DNA of 64,000 nucleotides, from contig NW_026515684.1 of NCBI RefSeq assembly GCF_025526975.1, positions 186,001-250,000 on the forward strand, in the 5' to 3' direction. Numbering within the stretch: the stretch's first letter is position 1; the number at the start of each line of letters is the position of its first letter. Source of the DNA: Fimicolochytrium jonesii (lineage: Eukaryota). The notes under the pieces are model-generated. The model was not told the DNA's origin, made no database searches, and saw only the letters and a program-made list of their open reading frames with translations. Of this stretch, positions 48,960 through 61,817 are shown piece by piece. The position numbers and the translations under genes are program-made.

Positions 48960-51900
48960 TTATTCCCCAGCCCGAGGGGGTTCCTCCTTTCCCTTCGGTA
49001 GCGCAGCTTTGGCGCCTTTTCCCGGAGTTGGGGGCCTGAAGAAGCTCGGGTCTAGGATACTACCAGTACGACTCAAGCTAGGACGGAGACCATCTTCCGC
49101 TTGTTCAGTGCTCTGCTGCGGCACGGGAATGGATTTGGCCCCCAAGCCTTGCAAATGCTCCGTCATGTCCGCAAGAAGTGGTTCAGAAGGTAGTCGGTCG
49201 ATGCAAATCAACCTGCCCCCTTCTCCAACACGCATTGTCGGAAGTCCAGCATCAACGCCGAGGTCGTATGGTATATTTGCAGACGCGGCCTCCAGAGCAC
49301 CCACGACCAACACGCCGGCAACAGCATCCATGCTGTTTTCACTTCGTCGGTCACTATCGTCGGCGGCTGCCGCGTCCGCGGAGCTGGTCCCTTTGTTGCT
49401 GCCGGTTGATGCTGCTCGTTGATGTGCCTTTTGGGCAGTCCCCACTTGGCCAGGCAAGGGCTTGGCGCTACTTTCTGCGGTGGCAGCTTCGTAAATCCCG
49501 GAAAAGGTTTCGTAAACCTCGTCCCAAAACTGGCGAATTTCTGCTTCATTGTTGCAGAAATCTGCAAACGTCTTCATCAGAGTATCCGGATCGACACCAC
49601 TGCTGCTACTTCCACGGGCCTCCTTGCCTGCGCCACCCTGCTGCGACACGCTGGCTGATCCAGTTAGGTGCATGCGGTTGGCAACCCACCAAAAACCCAC
49701 TTCCTCGTCCTCGGAGCTTATTTGAATGAAAGCAACACCGCTACGGTGCACCCATTGAGTGCGTTTGAACCCTTTGCCTCTGTCGTAAGACCAGGTCACG
49801 GCGTTGGTTGGTAAAGAGCTGTCCGCTTCCATATCCAATACGAAGTTGAAGCGTCGAACCGTTTCCGTCAGATACACACTTGATGGGAATGGTGCCTTCG
49901 GATGTAATGGCAGTGGTATGCACGGCTTGATCAATGTCACTGACTGGAATGGATTATCGTCCGAAAGGGGTTCCGCCTGTTGTAGGGAGAAACATGAGCC
50001 ACGTAACCTATAGATAAAAGATGACGTAACGAATCCACGGTACCTGCGAAGTTCCAGCTTCGACCATTTTGAACCCGCATTTCTCAGCGACCCGTGCCCA
50101 GCCCGCCACAAGGTCCTCAATCCATCGAGGACTGCAAGCCAACCAATGAATCTGGTAATGATAGCAGTGGCGAGGATTGTGCACAGTATCATAGTGCAGA
50201 ACCGCGGTCTCTCTCCTGGGAGATCGACGTTGAACATCGAGATCAATGACCATTCGTCGTGTCAAGGCGTAAGGTTCGACAGCCTGCCGTACAGATTTGG
50301 TTTGCGCAGCCTGTGGACTGTCCTGAACAGCCATGTCAAGAGCATTCGTAGACGTGGGGGCCAAGGCATCATTGCTCGGGTATGCTGAAGTATTGCTACT
50401 GGTAGTAACGGACGGGCTGGAACTGCCGCTGTTCGAATCAAACAGGTTGGTCGAAGATTTGGCGCGGTTTCCAAACCAGAGTGGAACTCCGCCAAGCTTT
50501 TCCTTCTCCTTGTCCTTCGTTCCCGCGGTGCCAGGAGTTTTTGCAAAATCTCCCCGAACACGGTAGAAATAGTGCCCGTCCAAAAACCGATGCTTGCGAT
50601 TTGCATGCTCAAAGAAGCCTTCTTTGAGGAGCGCGTTGCCGTATGCTACAGCTTCCTCCGGGGTCTCTATATCCGCAAAATTGCGCACCATCCACTCTAC
50701 ACATTCGCTTCCGATGAACACGCGCTCGTACAGCCGGAAATGCCATCTACGATCCCCGAAAGCAACTCCGGCAGGTGGAGGTGCTTGCATGGCTTCGGCA
50801 ACCGCGGAGAATGGTGAGCTTCGGGTCAACGGAGTTGGGCTCACGGTATTTGTGCCATTCACTGAGGTCGCCGGAGATGTGGCGGATCCACGTCTTGGCA
50901 GTGTCGTAGGCAGCGCCTTCTGATTGGCTGTACTTGCACCACCCGGGTTCGTACCTGCTGTTCCCATACGTGTTAAACCCCTCCTCAACACCTCCTCTCT
51001 AATGAAGCGGGACGTATTCAGCGTCGTGAGCTGAATCTGCAGCTTCTTTCCAAGCTTTGGGATATGCTTTCTGCGGCTGCCTCCGGATAACTGATTCTGC
51101 GGCGGAAAGTCAACGTCATCTTCTTCCCACGGCGGCACCCACCGAGATTTCTCGAAAACCTCGATGAACTTCTCAAATCCTACGACGCGGATTTCTTCTT
51201 CATCGAGATTGTCATTCTGAGGGTTAAGGAACGGGTTGACATGGTTGACATTTTCGACTGGGATCAGAAGGAAGCGCGTTCGCCAGAATCGCAGGTTTTC
51301 AGTGAGTTCTTCTTGATAGCCCGAAATCAAGTGGTCCAGATAGTTCCAATTGTACGATGTCACAGGCGGGTAAGAGAATCCCAGTTGCTTGGGTCGATAA
51401 AACGTATCATGCTTCCGCCATATCCCGCACGCGTATTGAATGGGGAGGGTGGAATAGGTGACCTTACGGACGTATCGCTTGACCTCCACATTTTGACCGG
51501 ATGCATCATGAGAAAGCTTGTGCACATGATCACCGAGACTCAGATAGTACGCCCGGGGCGAAGCTCTTGTTCCCGGGGTTGTGGATGCTCCGAATGAAGG
51601 GGATCGATCTTTGTGAACTGCTTGCTGCATGCCTGAGCGTCCCTGAACTTGCGTTTGTGCGGTGGACCGTTGCGAAGTGTCATTCCATGCACTGGACTTC
51701 CATGGATTACTGGGTTTGTCGCCAGTTTGCCGCAAACTCCCCGGTTGAGAACTGAAACCTCCGATGTTAGTTGCTTGCTGGGGCACATCGCCTCCTCGTT
51801 CGCCGAGGGGTGTACCCGGCAAACCCAAGTTTGTCGAGCCGGCGATTATCAATTGAAAGCCTTGCGCCAGACGTTGCGCCACCAAATCCACAAGCAATCC

Positions 51901-54900
51901 CTCCACTTTCGTTGTCTGCGTCCCTCGGCCTTCGTCGGACCTTCCAGTACCTCGAGACTGATAAGGCGTTGCATCATCGGCCGCTGAGACTGTGTACGTG
52001 TACTCCTGATACAGTTGTTGAAGATCCTCAGGGGATGGGAAAAAGTCGGTTGTCAGAGGCAAACAGGCAGGAATGGACAAACTCTTCCATGCAATGATGA
52101 AATCGTTTCGCATCGGCAAGATGATCTGTGGGAAAACGTGTTGCCATCGCAGGACTTGACTCGTAGCGCGGATGATATTGCGGCTAGGGTTACATGGATT
52201 GATCAAGTGCGAGCGGAAAGACGTCTGCTGGAACGTGGGCGCGCGCATGTTGCCGCCCGAGCCGCTTGTCTTGCCTGGAGAGACTCGAGGGTATTGACTC
52301 CGGAGGTATTCATAGTTTGCCAAGGGCGAGTGGCTCTTGAAGCTCCCCGACGTTGACAATCCTTCTCGATAAGGATGCCGCAAGCCAACTTGTTGGTTCC
52401 CACGGATGCGAATGGGTGCAAGAGTCGTCGATGCCGAGTGCAGACCAGACGAATCGGTATCCTCAATGGCCGCTCTCTGCAAATTCGCCCCGATGGGCAA
52501 GCTTTGTGGTACGCTGGCCCTGGCATCCTCCGTCCGGGAAGGCTGCGACAGCCTGACATCCCCTTTTCCAGGCGACGTTCCAGCGCCGGACCATAGAGTG
52601 TGAGAATCGCCATAGGCTGTGTCGCTTGCAAGAACGCTAGATTTACGACTGACTGGTGCACTTGTCCTTCCTCCGGAAGATTGCGCTGCCGACGACGCCC
52701 AGGCAGGCCGTTTCTTCTCAGCTGTTGCGGCAGCTTCCGCTGTCAGGGATGTATTTGAAGCTGTCTTCGCCAACACCCTCTGTTGGGAACCACCTCCTGC
52801 AAACATGCTCGACAGAGCGGTATCCGACGTGGTGCCCCGTAATGAGGGCTGACTATTGATAGAGATCTGCGACGGATCACGGCCTAAAACACCACCCGCG
52901 GCTCGTACTTGCTCGATGCGAGCTTTTGCTTTGATTAAAGCAATTCGGTCATTCGATCTCAACGTGTCGCCTTCCTCCCATGTTGGATAGTAGCCAGAGT
53001 TCTGATAAAGATTCCGCGTTGGGCCCCCTCCTGAGTCATCACTTCTGACACTATCAGTTGTATTCAGCGTCATACGATGCAAAGATTGTCGGGCTTGCGG
53101 CCCTAGCGCGACAACACCCGCCACACCCTCAGGGCTGATGGACACTACGTTGCCGAGGAAGTTCCCCCGAGCACCCCCAGTTGTAGCATAAGGATGCTGC
53201 AAATCGAGCCTAGACCCTCCACGCACGCCTTTGTTGGAAGCTAGTGAATCCACGTCCGAGGATCCTCCCACATTCATCCCCGAGTTTGACCGGTTTTTGA
53301 TGACCATCGACTGGTGCTTAATGATAGGTAAAAACACACTTTCGTCGTATTGCTCGGTGTCAATCACAAAATCGTCAATGACAGACACAGCAGGGCTGTT
53401 CTCATCATCATCCCCACCGACATCGAAGCGTACCACTCCAGACGCATTACGCTCCACAGGTGCTGGGGGTTGTTGTTGGGCATCGCTCTGCTTTTTGCTC
53501 GAAACTTGCACAACCTGCACGTCGCCGACTTCCGCCAAATCTTGCTCCTCCATATACGGAATCACTATCGTAGAGCCGATTTCTTCCATGACGCCCATCA
53601 TCTGCACCTCGTACATTTTGCACCGTAGCCGGAATCCCTTGTTATCCTGCTCCCCTTCTCGTGCCCAGAAACTACACATGATCCAGTGTGGCACCGTGTA
53701 GAAGGTTTTGTCTGGTATTTCTGGCGTCGCATCGTCGTAGTATAGTGGATCCCATGCTTCCGTTCTACGCTCTTGCCCCGAAGTTCCGCTTGCGGAGCTG
53801 AAGCCAGGTGCGGCATGCGTCCCCATGCTCCTGTCACTGGCTCCGGTTCCCATTTTGTCCGCTGACCGTTCTGGTCCCTTCTGCCCTGTTGCGCCTCCCA
53901 GTGCTGAGGCCCACCGCCTTTCGCTATTGATGCTCGATTCAGCATCAATGCTGGCTCCACTCTGTCCGCTACCCCAACCTGTCAGACTCGACGGGCACTC
54001 TTTCGAAACGTACTGAAATAGCGGCACAGTGCAGAGAGGCGGTTTGCTTAGACAGACAAGATCAAGGCCTATTCCGTTATCCACCATACGGTGCGCCGTC
54101 AGTCGCAGCAGTTTTTTATCTACTTCGTAGACTCCAGGTCCTGGTGTAATAACGACGATTCCGAGCCCCGTACGAGAAAGGTCCCGATCGATATAGTGCC
54201 TATCGAATGGATTCAGCGCAAGGTTGATTGCTTCCAAAACATTGCCTTCACTTGCGGGTGAATTTGTGCCAGCAAGAATGGTGGAACCCTCGCTGCTCGA
54301 CTGCTGTAGAACGTCCCGTTGGAATGAGACGAATTCCTTCTCCAAAGGTATCAGAATCTGGGACCAATCGCTCCGAATGGCCCAGTCTACGACGACCTTA
54401 TAAAAGTCCCTGTATGACCGTCCGGATGCATCCTTCAGTAATGGTATGCCGTCCTCAGCACCACCACCTTCAGGTGCAGGAGTGAACAAAGGTGCTTGGT
54501 CGCCCGTGTCTTCTACCACCTCCTCTTCGTCGGTCTGATAGTGAATGCGGGCAAAGAGAACGACAGACACAACGTGGTTGGCGCCAGCCTCCTTCCACTT
54601 GGCGAATAATTGAGGCAAGAAGCCGTGCACGCATTTTTCGAAATACAATTCGCCATCCTCATCAAACTCCCACATCTCTTTGCTCATTTGAATGCAAATG
54701 AAGTATTTTGCCGTCTCTGAGCGGAAAATGGTCTTCGTGTTGTCGTTGATATATCCACATGACGCCTATCAGGGTCGGTGGTAAGTTCCCGCGTTACATC
54801 CCGGTCACTTCGATCGCAACGCCACTTACTTTTCTGCCAGAGACAACAATGTCTTTGATTTGCGCCCTTATGCCCAGGGACGACACCTTTTTGCCCTCGT

Positions 54901-55709
54901 ACACGCAGGTTCCTGTGAGAGACGTTTTCATGCGCCACATGTCGCTCCGACCCAAGTATTGATCCCGGAAACAGATCTCCACATAGTCCGCTGATATCGC
55001 CTCCCGCTCGACCTATCAAAGCGAATCATCTTCAGTCGAGAGACAATGTAAGTACACTGCGCCGGAAGCAACCAACCTTCGTAACAACTACATCCTTCCG
55101 CGCGTGAAGTTCAAAGATGGCCGCTATGTGTTGGGCAATGGATATCTGGTAATCACAACGATGAGACTCCACAGGAAACCTTTCAATACAACTGGGAACA
55201 TCCTTTGAATACCTGCAGCTGAGACTGCTTGTTGATAAACTCACGATCGACAGATGTCACCTGCAAGATGAGCGTCCTCGACTTGTCCTCTGCTGCCTGA
55301 GAACCGTGTGCGACTCCTCGGTGATGCTGGTTTGGGTTGGAATGCTGCCGTACGGATAGTGCTGCTAAACCTCCCCTCGAGCTGGGGAATTGTGATTGAC
55401 TAAAACCATTTTTGTTGTCTCCGGAGGACGCTGGCTGAGTGATCTTCAGAAGGTCACCAACCCTACACCCGGGAAAGCAGTCAGGGTTTATGACCAAGTC
55501 CTGCTTTGAGAACCCAGGATCGTGTATCCACAGGTTGTAAGAGGGACGAAGCGGCGGGTATGCCGGTTGACCCAGCTGTTGCAGCGAAGGCGCGGGCACC
55601 TGGCCTGGACATCGACTGCCGTTTAATGTTGGCACCGTGCGCAGAGAGGGACGGAGGGCAGGTAGAGGAACCCACCTTGCGTGGACTGGGGATGCTGACT
55701 ACGGAGCAT
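48960..55709 (-). CDS. IML1: GATOR1/SEACIT subunit Iml1/DEPDC5; start approximate
   Basis: FRDQYLGRSDMW; IQMSKEMWEFDEDGELYFEK; GNVLEAINLALN; WKSLSIPACLPLTTDFFP; QRLAQGFQ; YNWNYLD; DEP domain FIGSECVEW...FLDGHYFY; WVHRSGVAFIQ. Confidence 0.95.
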
Positions 55710-57778
55710 CACTGAGGTGTATCCTCGCAAGCATGGAGAGCGCAGAAGACAACCTTGTGATGCTGGCCACGGAATAAATCGTGCCAGGTTGGCGGGGGAA
55801 AGGAGAGATTTCTCAGAGTTCGGTGGGCGTCCACTCGGTGAGGTCAAATCCGATTCAAATTGACAGTGGCTATTTTGACAGTGACAGCGGAAAGCCAAGT
55901 TCCCATTTTTCTTTCATCATGCTGCGACGGAGTATGATGAAAGGTGCTGGGGGGATAGTCGCCTTCCATACAACGCAAAACATTAGCTCGTCGGCTGGAC
56001 GTTGAAAACCTGATCCCGTTTGTGTGGAGGAAGATGTCCGCAAACGAATGTACATATTGGCCCGACTTAGACAAGCAAGTAGTCGTTAAGGCCACGGGAC
56101 TCCATCCGAAGGAAGACCTTCAATCATACCATACGAATACCATGACAGGAGAATGACCACACGGCGGAGGCTTTGGAGTGGCTAACTCTCGTTCCGCTGG
56201 GAATCAAGGCGGAGATCGAGAACGGCAGGGAAAACATCCAAATTTTGGACTCCAAACCAATAACGGGACGTTTGCTTCCCTCGCACCAAAGAACCTGGTC
56301 TTCATTCGCTATGACCCAGCAGGCTTTTTTATCTTGTGTTTTCCATCTTTCCTAGCTTAGATCTTACAATGCGACACTTGTCATATCACTTCATATCCAT
56401 CTTCCCGCAGCAGCCCAGTGTGCAAGGCCATTAATCTGATCCGCCGTCGTGAGATCACACGACCACCGGATGCTTCTACTGTACCATTGCAGCTGCCAAA
56501 ACATTCATCTATGATCTGGCAGCGTGCCCAGGACGCTTCTCTAACATCGTATTAAATGTTCATGCTTGGGCCATCAAACTCAGGAATCTGCGTTCTGTCT
56601 GATGTCAAAGGGAGCTTTGATGCTGTATCGCAACAGTTTGGGAGCGCCTGAGGCTCTCACGTTCATCTTCTTGTCCCTTGTCCCAGTTGGAAAGTCAGCG
56701 AGCACGAATGGGGCATCACGCCTTCTTACGCGGACGTGGACTCAAGACCTGAAAACTAGTCCGGAATTTCTATTTCCATGCATGAGAGTCGGGAGTGCAA
56801 GGCATGCTCACAGATGCGCATGTACTGTGTCGCTCCGGCATTTACAAAGTTTCGCTGCTAAAAAAAGTCCAAAGGGGATGCGGGTCTTTCAACTTTCCTG
56901 CCCCTGTCCACAAAACTGGACTGAAGGGTAGTTGATCGGCGCGCAGTCAGACAAGTGTCGCGCCTCACGCGTATCTGCTGTCAGTAGGCGGCTTCCCCCG
57001 TCTTCCCTAGGGTAGCACAATAAATACACATACGTGAGCAGCATCGCTGATCCCCCCGCTTGCCCGCCAGCTACTTTGCACAACCCAGCTGGTATACGGG
57101 TTTAAGGGGTAGCGTCATGCTTTGAGGCTTTTGACGGCATTGACCCTTTTGTCAAGCCTGAATGACAGGGTGTGGATTTGTGATTTGTTGGAGGAGGACG
57201 AGGAATCAAGATCTGCTTGCGAGTTGCCGAATATTTGGGGCAAACTTTCGCCAATGGGAGCGAGTTGAACGATATGCCCCCGAGGCTTCTGGGTAAACAA
57301 CATAGAGACGTTGCCACCGCTTGGCCGCCGGCAAAAATTCCCACATCTCCATAGAGAAAGCTGCTCGATCCTGGCATGTGCAATGTACATCAGGTGTCTA
57401 CCGGTGCATCTCTCGTACTCCACTCTCATCGCCGGCCATAGGATGTCTATGTGCATCCCTTGTCCCCCGCTCCCACCGGCCTTGCCAACGGGACCAAGGG
57501 GCGGACATTTTCCGAGGGGAGTTGTAACTACAGTATCCCGACGGCGGCGTGTGCGATTCCAGAGCCTCATGAGGACATTTCGTGAAGCGGCGGATGCGTC
57601 TACTGGTGGAAGGACGTTGCGATCCCGAGCATGTACGTCGTTGGGGACGGCGCATGACCTTTTGGTGTCCCGACGACGGAAGCAAAGCAAGCGAAGATGT
57701 GCGCTGGAAACAAAGTGAAGAGGAGACTGCGAGCGCTGAGCTCTGAGATGTTGCAGGACCTCTCATACAGTGCTCGCC

Positions 57779-57785
57779 TATAAAA
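57779..57785 (+). promoter_or_regulatory. TATA box upstream of the lipase gene
   Basis: TATAAAA ~140 nt upstream of the ATG at 57922. Confidence 0.5.
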
Positions 57786-57921
57786 GCAGCAGTGCGATGG
57801 CCGAATCCCTTTTCCGACATCCCCCTCCTCGCATATCTTCTCATAAGACAGCTGGCTGTCCCAATTCTTTCGATACTCATCGCATCACCCATCGTTGAAC
57901 GATCTCTCATCCCTCATCAAA

Positions 57922-59427
57922 ATGGTTCACCTCAAAACTTGCATCGCCCTTCTCGGCGTCTCCGCTGCTGGAGCATTGGCATCGCCGGCCGTAGTCAACC
58001 TGCAGCAACGTGCCGCGCCCCAAGTTAAAGCTCGATCCGATCAGCAAGTCCGCTTGGATTTCTTGTCTAACGTAAGTACGATGTAGTTTTCCATGTCTTG
58101 CTGCGTCGAAATCTTTTATCAATCGAAACGTCCTTTCAATGTAATAGGTGATCGGTCGTCCCGCGACACCCGACATGATTGCGAACTTGCAACCCGCCGC
58201 CATCAACGCTGTCATTCAAAAGGAAGTCGCAAAGTCCCGTCAGGATCCGACGACCAGCGTTCCCCCGACCGAACAGTTGCCGGTCAACGAGACGGCAAAC
58301 GGCCCTACCAATTCGCTTCAGAAGTTGATCGCGATTGGAGGCGATGACCTCAAGAATGCTGAACTTTACCAGCTCTACTCTGCGGCTGCATGTAAGCTTC
58401 ATTATGGATATCGACGATGATGATTGTTCATGAGCGCTAACGTACCCTCATTACAAGACTGCCTCAACGGGCTCGATGGCTGGATCTGCAAAGACCGTTG
58501 CGCCGGAGGCACCCTGGGCACCAAGTTAATTTCTAAATTTGTGGACAGCAAGACGGACACGGTGGGGTAAGCTCCCAATTCCGTGTTCCTTCCGCTAGAA
58601 CCAAATGCTCAGATATCTAACTTCTCCACGTTGCAGATACGTCGCCGTCAACCCTTCTCGCAAAGAGATCATCGTCGCTTTCCGGGGCACCAGCTCCATC
58701 ACCAATGCCATTAACGACTTGAAATTCTTCAAAGCTGATGCCAGTAAGCATGCCTGCGATGGTTGCAGTGCGACCAACACCGAGGAGCTCACTCTTTCAT
58801 TTTCTTCAGACGTGGGTCTGAGCAGGCTGCGCGCTCCCGATGGCGCCAAGGTGCATATCGGCTTCCAGTCGACCGTGACGGCTTCCCGCAGCGCCGTCCG
58901 TGCCGCCATCCAGAAGGCATTTCAGCAGTACGGCACCGACTACACGATTACTGTAACAGGTCACAGTCTTGGTACGTGATGTTGATGCCCTGGAGGATTC
59001 CCCGTCCCCTCGGACCGCTTCTAATCAATATCCTCGTCGCTGACTTATAGGTGGTGCCACTTCCGTTTTGACGGCTATCGACATCGTCGACTGGCTCGGC
59101 GACTCGGCCGGCAAGACTCTCAAGCTATACACCTACGGCGAACCCCGCGTCGGTAACTCCATTTTCGCGAACTGGGTCTCCACCCTCCCGTTCGCATCCC
59201 ACGTCTACCGCATCACACACACCACCGACATCGTGCCCCACCTCCCGCCCAAGTCGTTCGGGTTCCAGCACCACCGCGAGGAGTTTTGGATCAGCAAGAA
59301 CGGCGACCTCAACTCGTGCAACGACGCAAATGGCGAGGACCCCCAGTGCGCCGGAAGCGTGTTCATCCCCACCATCGATGCGCACTTGAATGGATACTTC
59401 AGCATGCCGTTCGGCCCCTGGTGTTGA
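57922..59427 (+). CDS. Secreted class 3 lipase with signal peptide and propeptide, multi-exon
   Basis: Signal MVHLKTCIALLGVSAAGALA; IIVAFRGT; VHIGF; TGHSLG|G nucleophile; TYGEPRVGN; DIVPHLPP; C-terminal His (DAHLNGYF). Confidence 0.93.
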
Positions 59428-60665
59428 GCAGCAGGGTGCTCACCTAGAGACGTTCTCGGTCTGGAACCAAGGAATGGTCTCTGATGCTTGGGACAAGTTA
59501 TATGTTTACAGTTTTAAATCCTACATCTAAGATAGATATGTGCAGTATGTGGTGGGGCGGCAAAGTACCGTATTGATAGTTCTGATGACCTTTGCATGTA
59601 CTTTGAATCAAATGGAAACCAATGAAAGAAAAACGTCCCCCGCAATGACCTATCGAACGAGACGTTGCGTTGGGCTTCATTCATTCCTTTCATGCCTTGC
59701 AATTGCCCTGCAAGAGCTGCAAGTCTAGCTGCAAGTAGCTACTGCAGATGCAAGCCAGAAGATAAATCATCACGCGCGCCTCCCGCAGAAAGCAGCGACT
59801 TGCATCTCAGCGCTCACATCCTGCCCGCGCAACGTGCTACTAGGAGAAGTAGGGATCCGTGTACTCTCTGAGAAAGTTGCGTCCACCCTCTGATCTACCA
59901 GGTGCGCTGAGTAGGGGGTGACGAGTTTGGGCTGAGGAACCACCAACTGAGTTGAGGAAGGTCATTCTCAGAATGCCGGAGACCCGTAGTTAAGCCATTG
60001 CACGGCCTGCTGCTGCCGCCGCCGCAAAGGAGAGGGAAACTTATGTGTTCTGCGACATATGGAACCTTGCGACAGATGAGCCATGTTCAACATCACGCCT
60101 CCAGCGCCGTAGAGTGAACAATTCACCGCCAATTCACAAAGCTGTCACCAGAAATGCGGGCTTGGCTTGGAAGTTCGGAGGCCTTTTGTGTGCGTGCTCC
60201 AGCAAATGAACTAGACGGGAGCATCCCGCTCTATGGATGCATATCATACAGGAGCATCACTGTAAACTATACCCCGTTTACGTTCTGGAAATGCAATTAT
60301 AGAAAGGACTTAGTGCGCATGTATACAGGGTGTCGTTGCAAGGGCCTGAGGTGGGCGAATCAGATTGGGCAAGCAAATGAAGGATAGAAATTTTATCCAC
60401 CGAGTTTGATCAGGACTGAAGTCAACAAAGGGAAGAGCACAGGTGGGCTCGAAAATGACAGCATGCAGAGGAGAGGCCTCTCCGTCGGTGTTGCACAAGG
60501 GCGCGCGCTCAGGATGTGAGTGAGCGCTGAGACTTGCATCAATTTTCCCACGCTTCCTATTCTTCCCGTGTGCGTCCGTTTCTCCTCCTCCATCCCGCTC
60601 AAGATCTCCCGACGACACCAACGTACAGTTACCCTCATCGGATATCCACTTGCACAGCCAATACA

Positions 60666-61421
60666 ATGCTAGCCAACCGGGGACTTCGTCTTGCTGCCAC
60701 TAGTAAGTTCTTGAGGCGATTCTTGTCTTCAATTCCCCGAACAATTTTCTAACGGACAAATGTCTTGCAGGGACAGCGAGCCCAATCAGCCAACTGGCTT
60801 TGGCCCCTCTGCGCTCAGCCAGAGTGCTTTCGTCGACCCCGGTGTCCCGAGCGACCACTGGTGGAGTGAATGACCCCGACGCCGGAAAGCCAACACTGAA
60901 TGTCGACTCCTACGCAAGGTCTATCCGCCTAGGCCGTCCCAGGTCACCCCATTTGAGCATCTACAAAGTTCAGCTCTCCATGGCGCTATCTGCCTTGCAC
61001 CGTATCACTGGTGTTGGTCTCTCTGGTGGTAAGCAGGAAACCTCACAGCGTCTTCTCAAAGTTGAGCATGACCTGAATTTCATCTTTCACGTCATCCCAG
61101 CCTTTGTCCTCGGAAGCGCATACTACGGTCTCGCACCGTTCGCTTCAGCCGACGTCATCAACTTTGTACAAAGCCTCCCTGCTCCCGTTCTCATTGCTTC
61201 CAAGATAATCATTGCTGCCCCCCTGGTCTTCCACTCGCTTAATGGATGCCGACACTTGGTAAGGAAGCTTTGAGCAGAACGGTCACGGAACTATTTACTT
61301 ACGCATCTTATTACAGCTATGGGACACCGGACGACAGCTTCACCTGAAGGGCGTATACAACACAGGATATACCGTTCTGTTTGCGACGGCTTTGGGAACT
61401 CTCTACTTGGCTCTGCAGTAG
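60666..61421 (+). CDS. SDH3: Succinate dehydrogenase cytochrome b subunit
   Basis: Mitochondrial presequence MLANRGLRL; RPRSPHLSIYK; SALHRITG; FHSLNGCRHL|LWD. Confidence 0.93.
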
Positions 61422-61817
61422 GGCGAAGCTCCTTGGTACATCTCTCAATTGGCATCAAAACTTATATCAACAATCCGACAACCATTGTGGGCTCCAAATG
61501 TGCCATGTTGAATTGGATTTGGATAGGTTGGGGAAACAGAGATCGTGTTTGAGGGCCAGTCCAGGGGGTGGTCATTTGGTCTTGGACATCAACGAAAGTT
61601 TTGGTTTGGACGCGCTATGGGAAGAGGAATCCCAGTGGCAATATGGAGAACTTGATATGGCCATCGGAACTAGCAAGATGGCATCCGAAAAGATAAATGT
61701 TACAATTGTTGGTACTAAAGTCCAGTCCTACGTGCCTACTAAAAGAGTCATCATCCGCGCGCAAACGCTTCTAAACTTCCGAAACTACGACTAATAGCTA
61801 TTCCTACCCCCTGATTC

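Noticed and set aside
57102..57910. Overlapping 90-190 aa ORFs upstream of the lipase (also 15342-15677 and 34229-34698)
   Set aside because: No recognisable motifs, mostly non-ATG starts; likely spurious intergenic ORFs.
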